A DNA stretch of 47,776 nucleotides from a virus, in the IMG/VR virus record IMGVR_UViG_3300048912_000197, positions 1 through 47,776 of that record. One strand, written 5' to 3'. Within the stretch, counting starts at the first letter, position 1. Each line of letters starts with the position of its first letter. The translations under genes were made by a program, and so were the position numbers. A model generated the notes under the pieces. It searched no databases. It saw only the letters and a list, made by a program, of their open reading frames with translations, and had not been told where the DNA came from. Shown in pieces: positions 25,147-34,096 of this stretch.

Positions 25147-26457
25147 TCAGTCCTTGGACAGCGCCAGCTTGCCCGTGCCGGCCGCGGCCGAGTCCGTGCG
25201 CAGCTTGGTGGCCGCGTCCTGCTCGGGCGCTCCCTGACCGCCGCCAGCGGGCGCGCCGCCGTCAGCGCGGGGCAGCGCGCCGGTGATCGAGCCGAGCAGG
25301 TTGGACGTGGACGGGGCCGAGCCGAGCAGATCGAAGCAGGTGGCCACGTACTCGTCAGACTTCCCGTCCAACTTGAGCTCGGGGCGCACCTTGGCGATCA
25401 CCTCTTCCCGGATCTGGCGGTCGCTCTTGCGCACGGTCTTGCCGTCCGCGCCGGTGCTGTCCGCCTTGAATTCGGAACCGATCACGCTGCGTGCCTTTTC
25501 GAGCAGGGCCACGCGCGAGTCCACCGCGGCGTCCACCTGGTCCAGCGTCAAGCTGCCCTGCAGCTTCGCTTCGGCCGCGTCCGCGCGCGTCTTTTCCGCC
25601 TTCGCATTCGCTTCGGCAGTGTCGGCTCGGGCCGTGGCGGTCTCGGCTGCGGCCACGGCCGAGTCAGCGCGATCCTTGTGGTACCGAATGTGCTCGTCCG
25701 ATCCCTTGTCGAACGTGATTTCCGAGCCGTCAGCGCGCTTGATCGTGATCTTTTTCACTTTGGTTTCTTCCTTGTTTGCTGGCGCAAGCGCGCCGAATGA
25801 ATACACGCGATCCGCAGAGTCCACGCGGATCCGCACGTCATTGCCGGCGCGGCCCCAATTGCTCGGGCCAAGGGCCACGTGGTTGTATCGAATGCGACGC
25901 TGCAGCACGTCATAGGGTTCGCCGCACCACGTGCCAGCGGCACGCTGCAGCGCACACTCGTACCCGCAGGACAGCTCGCGCAGATCCTTGCGCGTGACCT
26001 TGCCGATCGCGGCAGCATCCTGCACGTACAGGCGCGAGGCCACGAAACCGTCCACGCGCTTGACGTCATCGCCCACGTGGCCGATCGAAAGCGTCTGCCA
26101 ATTCTGCGGCGTGACGGGATCGTCCGGGTGGAGCTCGGTCAACGGCGCGCCGCGAAGGCTCGCGATCGCTTCGGTGCTGAACACTTCCGAGTCACTGCGC
26201 AGCTCGCGCCGCGTGCTTCCGTCCGCGTTGCGGTACAGGAAGATCCCCACCCGAGTCAGGTAGGCCGGGACGATCAGGCCGCCGCTCGGGCTGGTTTCCA
26301 GCGCGCCGAACGACCCCAGATCCATGCGTTGCTCGGTCTCGCGCGGCGCGCCGTCCGCGCTGTCCGTGCGAAAGGTCGCAGTGGGGTTCGCTTTCCAAGC
26401 AGCGTCCGCGCGGCGCACGGCCTCGATCTCGGCTGACGTAGGTTTGCGAATACGCAC
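25147..26457 (-). CDS. prohead scaffold/protease-like protein (DUF2213 N-domain plus coiled-coil scaffold C-domain)
   Basis: 436 aa. ...GGLIVPAYLTRVGIFLYRNADGSTRRELR...LTELHPD...RYNHVALGP... fits DUF2213. The C-terminal third is A/E/K/D coiled coil. The start (GTG at 26457) is uncertain. Confidence 0.65.
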   Translation of the reverse strand: MRIRKPTSAEIEAVRRADAAWKANPTATFRTDSADGAPRETEQRMDLGSFGALETSPSGGLIVPAYLTRVGIFLYRNADGSTRRELRSDSEVFSTEAIASLRGAPLTELHPDDPVTPQNWQTLSIGHVGDDVKRVDGFVASRLYVQDAAAIGKVTRKDLRELSCGYECALQRAAGTWCGEPYDVLQRRIRYNHVALGPSNWGRAGNDVRIRVDSADRVYSFGALAPANKEETKVKKITIKRADGSEITFDKGSDEHIRYHKDRADSAVAAAETATARADTAEANAKAEKTRADAAEAKLQGSLTLDQVDAAVDSRVALLEKARSVIGSEFKADSTGADGKTVRKSDRQIREEVIAKVRPELKLDGKSDEYVATCFDLLGSAPSTSNLLGSITGALPRADGGAPAGGGQGAPEQDAATKLRTDSAAAGTGKLALSKD

Positions 26458-26528
26458 GCGCGATCAGTCGCGTGCGCGGTGTACTAGATCAAGCGCTATC
26501 CGCGATCCCGATTCACAATTAACCGCGG

Positions 26529-27632
26529 CTAATCGTCTTCCGGCTCGGGCTCTTGGTCTTGCTCGGCGGGGGCTGCAGCGTCGAAATCTGCCAGCTCGTC
26601 AAGGATCGGGAATGCGTCACACCGGCATTGGATCGCTTCGCCGGGGTGTACTGCTTCGCCGTCCACGATCGGCGGATCGTCCCACTTGTGGATCGTGCCG
26701 TGCATGTCCGCATGGCTTTCGCGCACGCGTTCGTCATCGCTGGTGATCCATTCGTACTTCGAGATCCCGGCAGCTTTCTGCCGCGATTGGGTCACGGACG
26801 AATTGAATTTCAGCACCTGATCCCGAGCGATCAGGTTAGCGCGTGCAACGCTTGCGCCGGTTTCTTCCTGAATCTTGCGGCTAAGTGACTCGGCCCGTTC
26901 GCCTGTACCGAGCGACGCATTGATCACGTTGCCGGCCTTGTGCAAGTGATCCGCGGACAGCGATTTGATCAGCGATAGATTGCGCGTGATAAAGCCGTCC
27001 ACGGTGTGACCTAGGATCGGTTCGCTGCGCACCTTGATCCCGATGACGGTTTCCGTCATGCGATCAAATCCACGCTTATTATGCGCAGTCACCTTTTCGG
27101 CGATCTCGCGCAGCTCTTTCTGGTACTCGGGGTGCTTGAGCTTTTCGAACATGCGCAGCGTGACGTTGCCCACCGCGCGATTGATCTCGGACTTAAAAGG
27201 CCCATACACCGCCTGATCGATCCCGGGCTGCACCAGATCCCCGGTTTTAAATTTGTCTGCTGCGTCCAGCCTGATCCCGTAGCTCTGCAGCTCTTGGATC
27301 AGCTCGGCGTCCACCCACCGCAGGAAGGTTTCGATCCACTTCCCATAGGACGCGATCAGCCCGTCCGGTGGGCGCGTCACCAGGTTGCGCTTTTGCGCCA
27401 GCGAGATCGAGCGGCGGATCTTGGTGCGCAGCTTGGTGGCTCGGCGCAGGCGGGACACTTGCTCGCCAAGCGTCTGCGGTTGGGAGCTCGGCGTGGTGGC
27501 GGTGCGCGGCGTGATCGCCGGCAGAAAGACTGCGGCCTTTTGCACTTCGCGCGCGGGGGCGCGTGCGGGTTCGCGCGTGCGCGCGTCCGCTCGAGGCACC
27601 TGGCCGAAAACGAACGGCGCGCGCTTGGTCAC
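26529..27632 (-). CDS. head morphogenesis protein, Mu gpF / SPP1 gp7 family
   Basis: 367 aa. ...ARDQVLKFNSSVTQSRQKAAGISKYEWITSDDERVRESHADMHGTIHKWDDP...QCRCD... is the Phage_Mu_F core. GTGA overlap with the portal gene. Confidence 0.8.
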   Translation of the reverse strand: MTKRAPFVFGQVPRADARTREPARAPAREVQKAAVFLPAITPRTATTPSSQPQTLGEQVSRLRRATKLRTKIRRSISLAQKRNLVTRPPDGLIASYGKWIETFLRWVDAELIQELQSYGIRLDAADKFKTGDLVQPGIDQAVYGPFKSEINRAVGNVTLRMFEKLKHPEYQKELREIAEKVTAHNKRGFDRMTETVIGIKVRSEPILGHTVDGFITRNLSLIKSLSADHLHKAGNVINASLGTGERAESLSRKIQEETGASVARANLIARDQVLKFNSSVTQSRQKAAGISKYEWITSDDERVRESHADMHGTIHKWDDPPIVDGEAVHPGEAIQCRCDAFPILDELADFDAAAPAEQDQEPEPEDD

Positions 27633-29437
27633 GCTTCCGGCTCTTCCGGCTCGGCCTGATCTTCGGGGTCAGGCTTTTCGCCCGGTGTCTCGGGTGGCTC
27701 GGCCGCGTCTTCCGGGTCAAGCGGCGCGCCGGGCGGTGCCTGGCCGGGGACCAGCGCCGGGGGCGGTGGCTCGGGTGGGTGGATTTCTTCCGCCGCCTTG
27801 GTGCCTTCCGCTTCGCCGATCAAAGCCTGCTGCGCTTCCTGCTTGGCGCGGTACGCGGCCACGGTCAGCTCGTTATCCGGATCGTCCGAGCCGTCCGGCA
27901 GCGTCATGCGCGGCAGGTTCACGCTGGCCAGCGCCTGGTACACCTTGACCACGGTGGCCAAGTCGCTCGGGGTCAGCTGCAGCGTGGCCGTGCCTTCCGA
28001 GTCCTTGTCCGGGGTCAGCAATTCGGCCACGGCTTTCTGCCGCGCTTCTAGCTGCTCTGGTGACAGCTCGTAAATGCGGGCGGTGCCCGAGCCGTCCGGC
28101 TTCGCGCGAAGCAGCAGCAGCTCTTCCGGCGAAATCGCGCCCATTTGCTGGCCGTAGATCTGATCGGTCTGCGCGGTCTTGTAGTTTAGATCCGCCTGCT
28201 CGGACGGCGTGGGATCCCAGAGCGACGGCATGCAAAACGTGGGCACCGCCGCACCCTTGCCGTGCGCGCAAAGGATCAGGTGATCCAGCTGCGTCACGCG
28301 CGGGGCCACGTAGTTGCGCCGCCAGTGGTTGCACCTGCCATAGAACCAACGGAAATCCGATTCGCCGGTTGCATTCATGCCGGCCGGGCTTTGGCCCATA
28401 AGCATGGTGACCGGTGTTTCCGCAGCGGACGAGATCCGGATCGCGTACTTGTCCAACGTCTGCGGCACGTCGGCCATGCTCGCAGTCTTCCACTCGAAGC
28501 TTTCGTTTTCGGCGTCGATGACAACCGAGCGCATGACCGAGCGGTACAGGTCCACCATTTTCAGGCGGCCCACGATCAGATCGAAATTCTTGGACGCCAG
28601 CTGCTTGGCGAAGTCCTTGATCTTGAAAACCCCCTGGTGCCCGGAAGCCAGCAGCTGATCGGTGCTTGCAAATCCCGCATTGTACGAGATCAGCGCGCGC
28701 ATGCAGATTTCATGGATCGAAAGACCCCACGAAAGCCGAGCCTGGCGGAGCTCGAATTCGCAGCGCATGCCGGGGAAGACGATCAGGCGCGAGCGGTGGA
28801 CCAGGATCGATTTGTTGACCTTGCGATCGCCGATGAAATAGCGCTCTGGATCCCCATCGATCCCGTACTGGTCCGGCCACACGTACCGGCGATCAATGAC
28901 CTTGAGCCAATCGACCGAGCGGATCGCGTTTTCGTTGACGGGCTTGTCAGCTTCCTGGCCGTCATTGATCCCCATGACGATCACCGCGCCGCCATAGTTT
29001 CGGTCCCAGATCCACGCTTCCAAGAACGCCGCGTCCGCGTTCAGGCGCTGCTTTTCGGCGCGCAGCAGCTCGGTAGTTTTCGAATCCCCGGCCACTTCGC
29101 TCGGGACACCGTGGCGCAGCGCAGTTTCGGGAAGGCGCTCCACAATCTTCCGCGCCATGTCATCGAAGTGGTACAGGTTGGACAGCTCCTGCACGTCCAG
29201 AATGCTCTGCCCCCACGCGCGCGCAGAGCTCGTCCGATCGCGGTCCGTGCCTTCGCCGGTGGTGGGGTTGATCCATGCGCCTGCGTCCGAGCGCAGCGCC
29301 TTGGCGATAGTGCCCCCGACCTTGAGCACGTGCGAGATCGCTCCCCATGTACCTTGAGCGGACTCGGGCAGCGCGCTGGTGTCTAGTTCAGCGGAAGGCG
29401 CAGCGCTCGAGGGCACGGGAAGATCTGACTTTTGCAT
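27629..29437 (-). CDS. portal protein (DUF1073-type)
   Basis: 602 aa. It sits between the terminase and MuF-like genes and has a proline/acidic C-terminal tail. The central region matches what I recall of DUF1073 portals. Confidence 0.8.
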   Translation of the reverse strand: MQKSDLPVPSSAAPSAELDTSALPESAQGTWGAISHVLKVGGTIAKALRSDAGAWINPTTGEGTDRDRTSSARAWGQSILDVQELSNLYHFDDMARKIVERLPETALRHGVPSEVAGDSKTTELLRAEKQRLNADAAFLEAWIWDRNYGGAVIVMGINDGQEADKPVNENAIRSVDWLKVIDRRYVWPDQYGIDGDPERYFIGDRKVNKSILVHRSRLIVFPGMRCEFELRQARLSWGLSIHEICMRALISYNAGFASTDQLLASGHQGVFKIKDFAKQLASKNFDLIVGRLKMVDLYRSVMRSVVIDAENESFEWKTASMADVPQTLDKYAIRISSAAETPVTMLMGQSPAGMNATGESDFRWFYGRCNHWRRNYVAPRVTQLDHLILCAHGKGAAVPTFCMPSLWDPTPSEQADLNYKTAQTDQIYGQQMGAISPEELLLLRAKPDGSGTARIYELSPEQLEARQKAVAELLTPDKDSEGTATLQLTPSDLATVVKVYQALASVNLPRMTLPDGSDDPDNELTVAAYRAKQEAQQALIGEAEGTKAAEEIHPPEPPPPALVPGQAPPGAPLDPEDAAEPPETPGEKPDPEDQAEPEEPEA

Positions 29438-29467
29438 GGGGTGCTTTCGGTCGGGGGCTCGTCAGCC

Positions 29468-29707
29468 TTACAGGATCTCGGGCTGCTGGTGCGAAAGAAA
29501 ATCCACCGCGCTAAGTTGCTCGCGCGCGTACTGCTCGCCACAACCACGGCAGCGCTGGCCGTTCGTGGGCCTGCGCTCGGGCAGGTTATAGCACTCGGGG
29601 CAGATCCGCGAAGTAGGGACAGCTAGCCGCGTTTCGCGCTGCGGGCAGTTGCGCCGATCGTGCTCTTCCGATCTGCAAAGCTTGCATTTGTTTTTGCGCG
29701 ATCTCAT
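29468..29707 (-). CDS. small zinc-knuckle (CCHC) plus zinc-ribbon protein
   Basis: The ATG at 29707 has AGGGA upstream, giving 79 aa. C-KL-C-RSEE-H-DRRN-C is an exact C-X2-C-X4-H-X4-C knuckle. It is followed by C-PE-C-X13-C-RG-C. The 5' extension of the ORF to 29830 has low GC3. Confidence 0.6.
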   Translation of the reverse strand: MRSRKNKCKLCRSEEHDRRNCPQRETRLAVPTSRICPECYNLPERRPTNGQRCRGCGEQYAREQLSAVDFLSHQQPEIL

Positions 29708-29845
29708 TGCGTCACGTTCCCTGCGCGAAAGGTGCGCGCGGTAATATTTGGGCGGCGGTGGGTTTGGTGCAGGTGTCCTTTGCGGGATCAGGAAAACATT
29801 GGGGATCACGAGTGGTGGAATGTGGAGCACTGCTCTTGTGGCTTT

Positions 29846-31399
29846 CTATCCGGCCTTTCGCTGGCCTGCGGCCTCTTCCACCGCGCGCCAAATATCGAAG
29901 CCGGCCTGCTCCCCAAATAGCAGCATTTGGGTCATGGCATCCACGGGATCATCAATCTTTCCGCGCGGGAATTTCAGGATCGCGGCCTCGTGCGGTGCGG
30001 CCCAAGAATATTCCGGCGCGGGCAGCGGCATGGGTTCGGGCACGCCTTCGAGTGTCGTGGGCTGCGGAGCTCGAGGGGGAAAGAACACGTTTCCCGCGCG
30101 AAAAAGCCAGCTGCACGCATTGGCTCGCGCTTCCTTTCCGCCGTCCGGGGACACTGCCACGATCCCGCTAACAACGTTTGCCAGCGTGTTAACGATCGCC
30201 GGGCCGTTCGCTTTATCCTCGATCACCACACCGTCAACGCGTCCGAATTGCAGATCTTCCCGCTTTGATTTGATGATCTGCGTAGTGTCAGCAAACGACA
30301 ACCGATCGAGCACGCCGGCTAGCAGGTAGTAATTGGATCCCCGCTTACCCCAAAGCTGACCTGCAACCATGTCGCTGCTGGGGTTGTCCTTGAACGCGCA
30401 GTCCCATGACCACACCAGCTGATCCCACCTGGTGGGCAGCGTGGCCGGGGTCCAGTACCTGAACGTGGCAAGCTTGAAAGTCTCGCCTTCCGGGCGCGCA
30501 GGGCGCTGCTGCAGCTGCGCTTCGGCGAAGATCCCGAGCTTAATTTCTAGCGCCTTGACGATCTCTTCCGGGAAGCGCTGCGGGAAGAGCAGTTCACCTT
30601 CCACCTTGCGCCGGTCCCCACCAATCGAAGTCCGGCTAGGGTTGCTTGCATCGAAGCGCATGGGCAGGCGCAGGCACTCGTACAGCTCTTCCGCGCCTGA
30701 CTCGAGGTAACCGGACAGATCGTTTTCCGCCAGGCGCTGCATGCTCACGAGGCGCGCCAGCTCTTTCGGATCGCGTCCGCGCGTGGCCATGGTGCCGCGC
30801 CACCAATCGATCACGTACTGCAGTATCTTGCCCGTGACGCTTGCCGCGCCAATCGTATCGCCGGCCTTGATCGGATCGTCCACCACCTGAATGTCAGGGT
30901 GGCGGCCCGTCATTTTGCCCTTGATTGGCGCGCTGAACCGCCAGCCCCCTGCGGTGTTTGAGAAATTGCCCACGGCAGGATTTCCGCCGAGCAGCACCAC
31001 GTGGGGCCAGCGCGCACGAAACCAATCCGTGCGCATTACCTCGATCGATTTGCGCGCGTCACGCTGGACCAGTCCTGCGTCATAGCTGCTGAACGTAAAC
31101 CGCAGCTTGGGATCCTTGATCCATGCGTGCGTGAATCCCGCCACGCTGGTGATCACTGACTTGAGTGTGGAAGGCGGGACGTTGATCAGCAGTCGCTTGA
31201 TCCGGCGATCGTACAGAGCTTCGGTGTGCTCGCACAATTCGTCTAGGTGCCAATTCCACGCGAGTGGTCCTGCGGGTTCGATCTCGTGCCAGGCCAGGCG
31301 CAGAAACCCAGCAAGCCCGAAGCGCTCCACATAATCGCGATCGAACGCGATCCCGACACCGGGATCCGTTAGCAGTTTGGCAACTAGCTGATCATCCAC
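29846..31399 (-). CDS. terL: terminase large subunit
   Basis: About 517 aa. It has an ATPase region (LLINVPPSTLKS... then ...HPDIQVVDDP) and a C-terminal nuclease region (...VVIEDKANGPAIV...). The start is taken as GTG 31399, with an 8-nt overlap on the upstream small ORF. The ORF itself extends to 31447. Confidence 0.85.
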   Translation of the reverse strand: MDDQLVAKLLTDPGVGIAFDRDYVERFGLAGFLRLAWHEIEPAGPLAWNWHLDELCEHTEALYDRRIKRLLINVPPSTLKSVITSVAGFTHAWIKDPKLRFTFSSYDAGLVQRDARKSIEVMRTDWFRARWPHVVLLGGNPAVGNFSNTAGGWRFSAPIKGKMTGRHPDIQVVDDPIKAGDTIGAASVTGKILQYVIDWWRGTMATRGRDPKELARLVSMQRLAENDLSGYLESGAEELYECLRLPMRFDASNPSRTSIGGDRRKVEGELLFPQRFPEEIVKALEIKLGIFAEAQLQQRPARPEGETFKLATFRYWTPATLPTRWDQLVWSWDCAFKDNPSSDMVAGQLWGKRGSNYYLLAGVLDRLSFADTTQIIKSKREDLQFGRVDGVVIEDKANGPAIVNTLANVVSGIVAVSPDGGKEARANACSWLFRAGNVFFPPRAPQPTTLEGVPEPMPLPAPEYSWAAPHEAAILKFPRGKIDDPVDAMTQMLLFGEQAGFDIWRAVEEAAGQRKAG

Positions 31400-31595
31400 G
31401 CGATACCCACCACAAATACAGGTGCGGCCAGATCCACATGCACGCACGCACGAGCACGAGCACTGCAGCGAACCAAAGCCAGCCGTCCCCGATCCGCATT
31501 TGCAGATCCCACGGGCCGAAGCCGTCCGCCTGATCCTGCTCTTGCGATAGGTGCAGCATCTTGATCCCGTTGTCGTTCGCGTGACGTTCGTTCAT
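31392..31595 (-). CDS. small Trp-rich membrane protein inside the packaging module
   Basis: 67 aa. The ATG overlaps the upstream stop (ATGA). It has a hydrophobic segment, GWLWFAAVLVLVRACMWIWPHLYLWWV. GC3 is higher in this frame than in the overlapping terminase frame. Confidence 0.5.
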   Translation of the reverse strand: MNERHANDNGIKMLHLSQEQDQADGFGPWDLQMRIGDGWLWFAAVLVLVRACMWIWPHLYLWWVSRG

Positions 31596-32212
31596 GTGAC
31601 TTTCCCCAATGCGTCGCGTGCAATGCGCACGGCTTCCATTTGCTCGGCGGTCAGGCCGCTGAAATCGATCTTGACCACGGCAGGCGGTGCGGTGGGGATC
31701 CCTGCGGCCTGGCTTTCGGCGTGCTGCAGCGACTGCACGAGCATGCCAAGGCTGCGGCCTTCGCGCGCGTGGTGCGCAGGTTCACCGCTGCCGAAGCTCT
31801 GCAGCTTGCCGGCCTGATCCCGCAGTTTGCGCGCGCTATCCACCGCGAATTCGGTCAGGTACCCGCGCGCGTTTGCGAGCTCCCTGCCACGTGCTTCGGC
31901 GTTCGCCAGCGTGCCGCGTTGCTCGGCTCGGTCCACTGCGAGATCGTACGCGGCTGCACGTTCGTGCCAGAAATCCAAACGCGCGTATTGCTCCACATGC
32001 GTGGGATCGAGCTGCAGCGATCGGGCCGTGGTCCAGTAGCTGCGCCGCTCGGGCGGGGTGTTGCGATAGTGCTTGAACGCAGCCCACCGGTGATCGCCTT
32101 CGCCGGGCAAACGATCCCACGGACGCAACGGCGTGGCGCTCGATCCCGGCTCGGGGCAGGACTCGGCTTCGGGCTCGTGCTCGAAATCAACGTGCTCTAG
32201 ATCGGGGCGCAC
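31592..32212 (-). CDS. putative terminase small subunit / DNA-binding packaging protein
   Basis: 206 aa with a GTG start, directly upstream of TerL. ...WAAFKHYRNTPPERRSYWTTARSLQLDPTHVEQYARLDFWHERAAAYD... resembles the HTH-like 'W.aF..Y......RS' motif seen in many small terminases. Confidence 0.5.
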   Translation of the reverse strand: MRPDLEHVDFEHEPEAESCPEPGSSATPLRPWDRLPGEGDHRWAAFKHYRNTPPERRSYWTTARSLQLDPTHVEQYARLDFWHERAAAYDLAVDRAEQRGTLANAEARGRELANARGYLTEFAVDSARKLRDQAGKLQSFGSGEPAHHAREGRSLGMLVQSLQHAESQAAGIPTAPPAVVKIDFSGLTAEQMEAVRIARDALGKVT

Positions 32213-32269
32213 ACCGCGATCGGGGGCAAAGCCCGAGCAAATGTCAAGTGCAGGTCCGCGCGAGCTCGA

Positions 32270-33106
32270 TCACGCAGCGCAGTGGTAGATCCCTTGCCGC
32301 GCGTCAAGCTCCCTGATCACGGTGCCGATGACGTACGCGCACCATGGGATCACCGCATTGCCTAGGGCTTTGGATCGGGCTCGCCATTCTCGTGCAGCCA
32401 GCCCTGCGGGAAGCCCATTAGGGCCGCGGTAAATTCCGGGTTCAGGTCCACGATAGTTGGCCCATGCAGCGGTGTCTCCGGCAAGGGGTGGCCATGTCCC
32501 CGGCAGGCCATGTCCGTCAGCGTGCGCCCCGTGGAATGCGAGCTTGTGCGCGCTTGCATGCTCCCTGAACGCTCGCAATCGGTCACCGTAGGCGTGGCCC
32601 ACAATGAACAACCGGGCGCGCCTTTGAGGGGATCCGACGTCAACGCCTCGCAGCGGGAAAGGTATGCTTTCATAGCCGAGCTGCCCCAAGTGATCACGCA
32701 CGGGGTCAACCCATCGGGCTGCGTTCTTGGCCACGTTTTCGATGACGATCCACCGGGGGGACAGCTCGTGCGCAATCCGGGCAAATTGAAACCAAAGGCC
32801 GCTGCGGTTTCCAGCAAGCCCTGCGCCATTGCCTGCGCTGATATCCTGGCAGGGGAAGCCGCCGCACAAGAGCTCGCAGGGCTGCAGGGCAGGGCACTCG
32901 CAGCATTCGTCCAGGTCACACTGCGCGTCATGGATCCCGGTGACGTTTCGCACGTCCGTGTACTGGCGCGCGTGGGGCCAGCGCGATCGAAGGCGCGCGC
33001 GGCACCATGGATCAGCCTCGATTTGCCACGCAGTGTGGCCGAGCCCGGCCGCTTCCAAACCGAGCTCGAGGCCACCAATGCCAGAAAAAAGGGAACCAAT
33101 CAGCAC
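32270..33106 (-). CDS. DNA (cytosine-5)-methyltransferase (orphan)
   Basis: 278 aa. Motif I is LFSGIGGLELG, motif IV is GGFPCQDIS, motif VI is IVIENV, motif VIII is QRRARLFIVG, and motif X is LGNAVIP. Confidence 0.9.
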   Translation of the reverse strand: MLIGSLFSGIGGLELGLEAAGLGHTAWQIEADPWCRARLRSRWPHARQYTDVRNVTGIHDAQCDLDECCECPALQPCELLCGGFPCQDISAGNGAGLAGNRSGLWFQFARIAHELSPRWIVIENVAKNAARWVDPVRDHLGQLGYESIPFPLRGVDVGSPQRRARLFIVGHAYGDRLRAFREHASAHKLAFHGAHADGHGLPGTWPPLAGDTAAWANYRGPEPGIYRGPNGLPAGLAAREWRARSKALGNAVIPWCAYVIGTVIRELDARQGIYHCAA

Positions 33107-33462
33107 CCCGAGATCCCTGCTCGCTTGAGCTGCCGTTCAGCCCACGCAGTTGCCCCTTGTACGTTATCCCAGCGCGAGCTGCAAACGCTCTGATCGCGCG
33201 CGATCCAGCCCTTGCCCGAGATCCCGATCTGCCACTTGTAATAGCGGCCGTGGCGTTCGGCTTCGGGAATGTAGGCCAGCGTGATCCGGATCGTCTGCGC
33301 ACCGCGACCAATCACGATCACGTAACGCAGCGGCGCGTCCGGCAGTGCTCGGCCTGCGGTACGCTTGGCCATGGGCTTGCCGTAGATCCGCGGGCGGCCC
33401 GGCCCTTCCGCACCAGGGCGCGCGTACCGTGGCGAGCCGGACTGCGTGTTCTTGGTGGGCAT
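33100..33462 (-). CDS. hypothetical protein (120 aa)
   Basis: ATGA overlap upstream and a 7-nt overlap downstream. High GC3. No motif recognised. Confidence 0.55.
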   Translation of the reverse strand: MPTKNTQSGSPRYARPGAEGPGRPRIYGKPMAKRTAGRALPDAPLRYVIVIGRGAQTIRITLAYIPEAERHGRYYKWQIGISGKGWIARDQSVCSSRWDNVQGATAWAERQLKRAGISGC

Positions 33463-33764
33463 CAGAGCACGTACCCCACGGCTCGGGCCGCCACCACCAG
33501 GTACCGCCGTGCGCGCAGCTGCTCGCCTTCCGTGGCCCCGTGCTTGACCAGGCGCGTCACCATGTCCAAGCGCGTGCCGTGGTCCGCCGTGTCCGTGGGC
33601 ACCAGCTCGGCGCGCAGGTACTTGACCACGAACGGCAAGGACAGCAGCTCGGCGTTGCGTTCGCGCAGGCGGCTTGTGCGGTCCAAGCGGCGGCGCAGCA
33701 TAGCGCTATACGGGATCTCGGGCAGGGTGGGGGTTTCGGGCTTGTGTGACGTGGAATCGATCAT
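33462..33764 (-). CDS. hypothetical protein (100 aa), first gene of the minus-strand late block
   Basis: The ATG at 33764 lies 8 nt downstream of a TAACGT -10-like hexamer. High GC3. Confidence 0.55.
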   Translation of the reverse strand: MIDSTSHKPETPTLPEIPYSAMLRRRLDRTSRLRERNAELLSLPFVVKYLRAELVPTDTADHGTRLDMVTRLVKHGATEGEQLRARRYLVVAARAVGYVL

Positions 33765-33772
33765 GGTTTGGC

Positions 33773-33802
33773 ACGTTAGTGGATTGTTCGGGGATCCGTC
33801 AA
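33773..33802 (-). promoter_or_regulatory. sigma-70-like promoter candidate for the minus-strand block (TTGACG-18 nt-TAACGT), near-leaderless
   Basis: The minus strand reads TTGACG (33802-33797), an 18-nt spacer, then TAACGT (33778-33773). The ATG at 33764 is only 8 nt further on. Confidence 0.3.
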
Positions 33803-34059
33803 GGACGAGATCGAAGCGCGCTCGAGGCTTGTCCGATGACTAAAGCGATGGCTTTTAGAACGGCCGAAAGTACCAAAAGCATGGGCCTTTGCATCGTTCT
33901 AACGTCCAATGCCGGGCCGCAGGCAGGGTCCGAGTTTTTCGGGCTGCGGCCTTCGCACGCGTTCGCGCTCTGATTTTGGGCGAGAAGAGTCTAAAAGCCC
34001 CCAACGCGTAAAAGCCACCAGATCGGCCAAGGCATTGATACCACTGGCCTTGTGCCCCC

Positions 34060-34068
34060 TGCTATTCA
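34060..34068 (+). promoter_or_regulatory. extended -10 promoter candidate (TGcTATTCA) for the plus-strand early block
   Basis: TGCTATTCA lies at 34060-34068, immediately upstream of two adjacent palindromes (34072-34082 and 34085-34096). No good -35 hexamer. Confidence 0.25.
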
Positions 34069-34071
34069 CAC

Positions 34072-34096
34072 TTAGACCCTAAACTTAGCGCTCTAA
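34072..34096. promoter_or_regulatory. two adjacent palindromic operator-like sites TTAG-acc-CTAA and TTAG-cgct-CTAA
   Basis: 34072-34082 is ttagaccctaa and 34085-34096 is ttagcgctctaa. The same TTAG/CTAA arms also flank 33855-33902 (ttagaacg ... cgttctaa). Confidence 0.4.

Noticed and set aside
23439-25286. 615-aa plus-strand ORF spanning the capsid and decoration genes in antisense
   Set aside because: It has extreme R/A/G/P composition and crosses a real terminator and two well-supported minus-strand genes. It is a shadow ORF.
28262-29386. 374-aa plus-strand ORF antisense to the portal gene
   Set aside because: Shadow ORF (R/A/D/H-rich); the portal assignment on the minus strand is much better supported.
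29708-29830. Longer version of the zinc-knuckle ORF starting at GTG 29830
   Set aside because: The extra 41 codons have clearly lower third-position GC (att, cca, aat, gtt, caa, aca, aaa, tat ...) and proline-rich nonsense-like sequence. The internal ATG has an SD.
33836-33973. 45-codon ORF (MTKAMAFRTAESTK...) inside the divergent control region
   Set aside because: It has no SD and only intermediate GC3 (about two thirds, against clearly higher values in real genes here). It is filled with the repeat and hairpin elements. It may be a micro-ORF but is not supportable from sequence alone.
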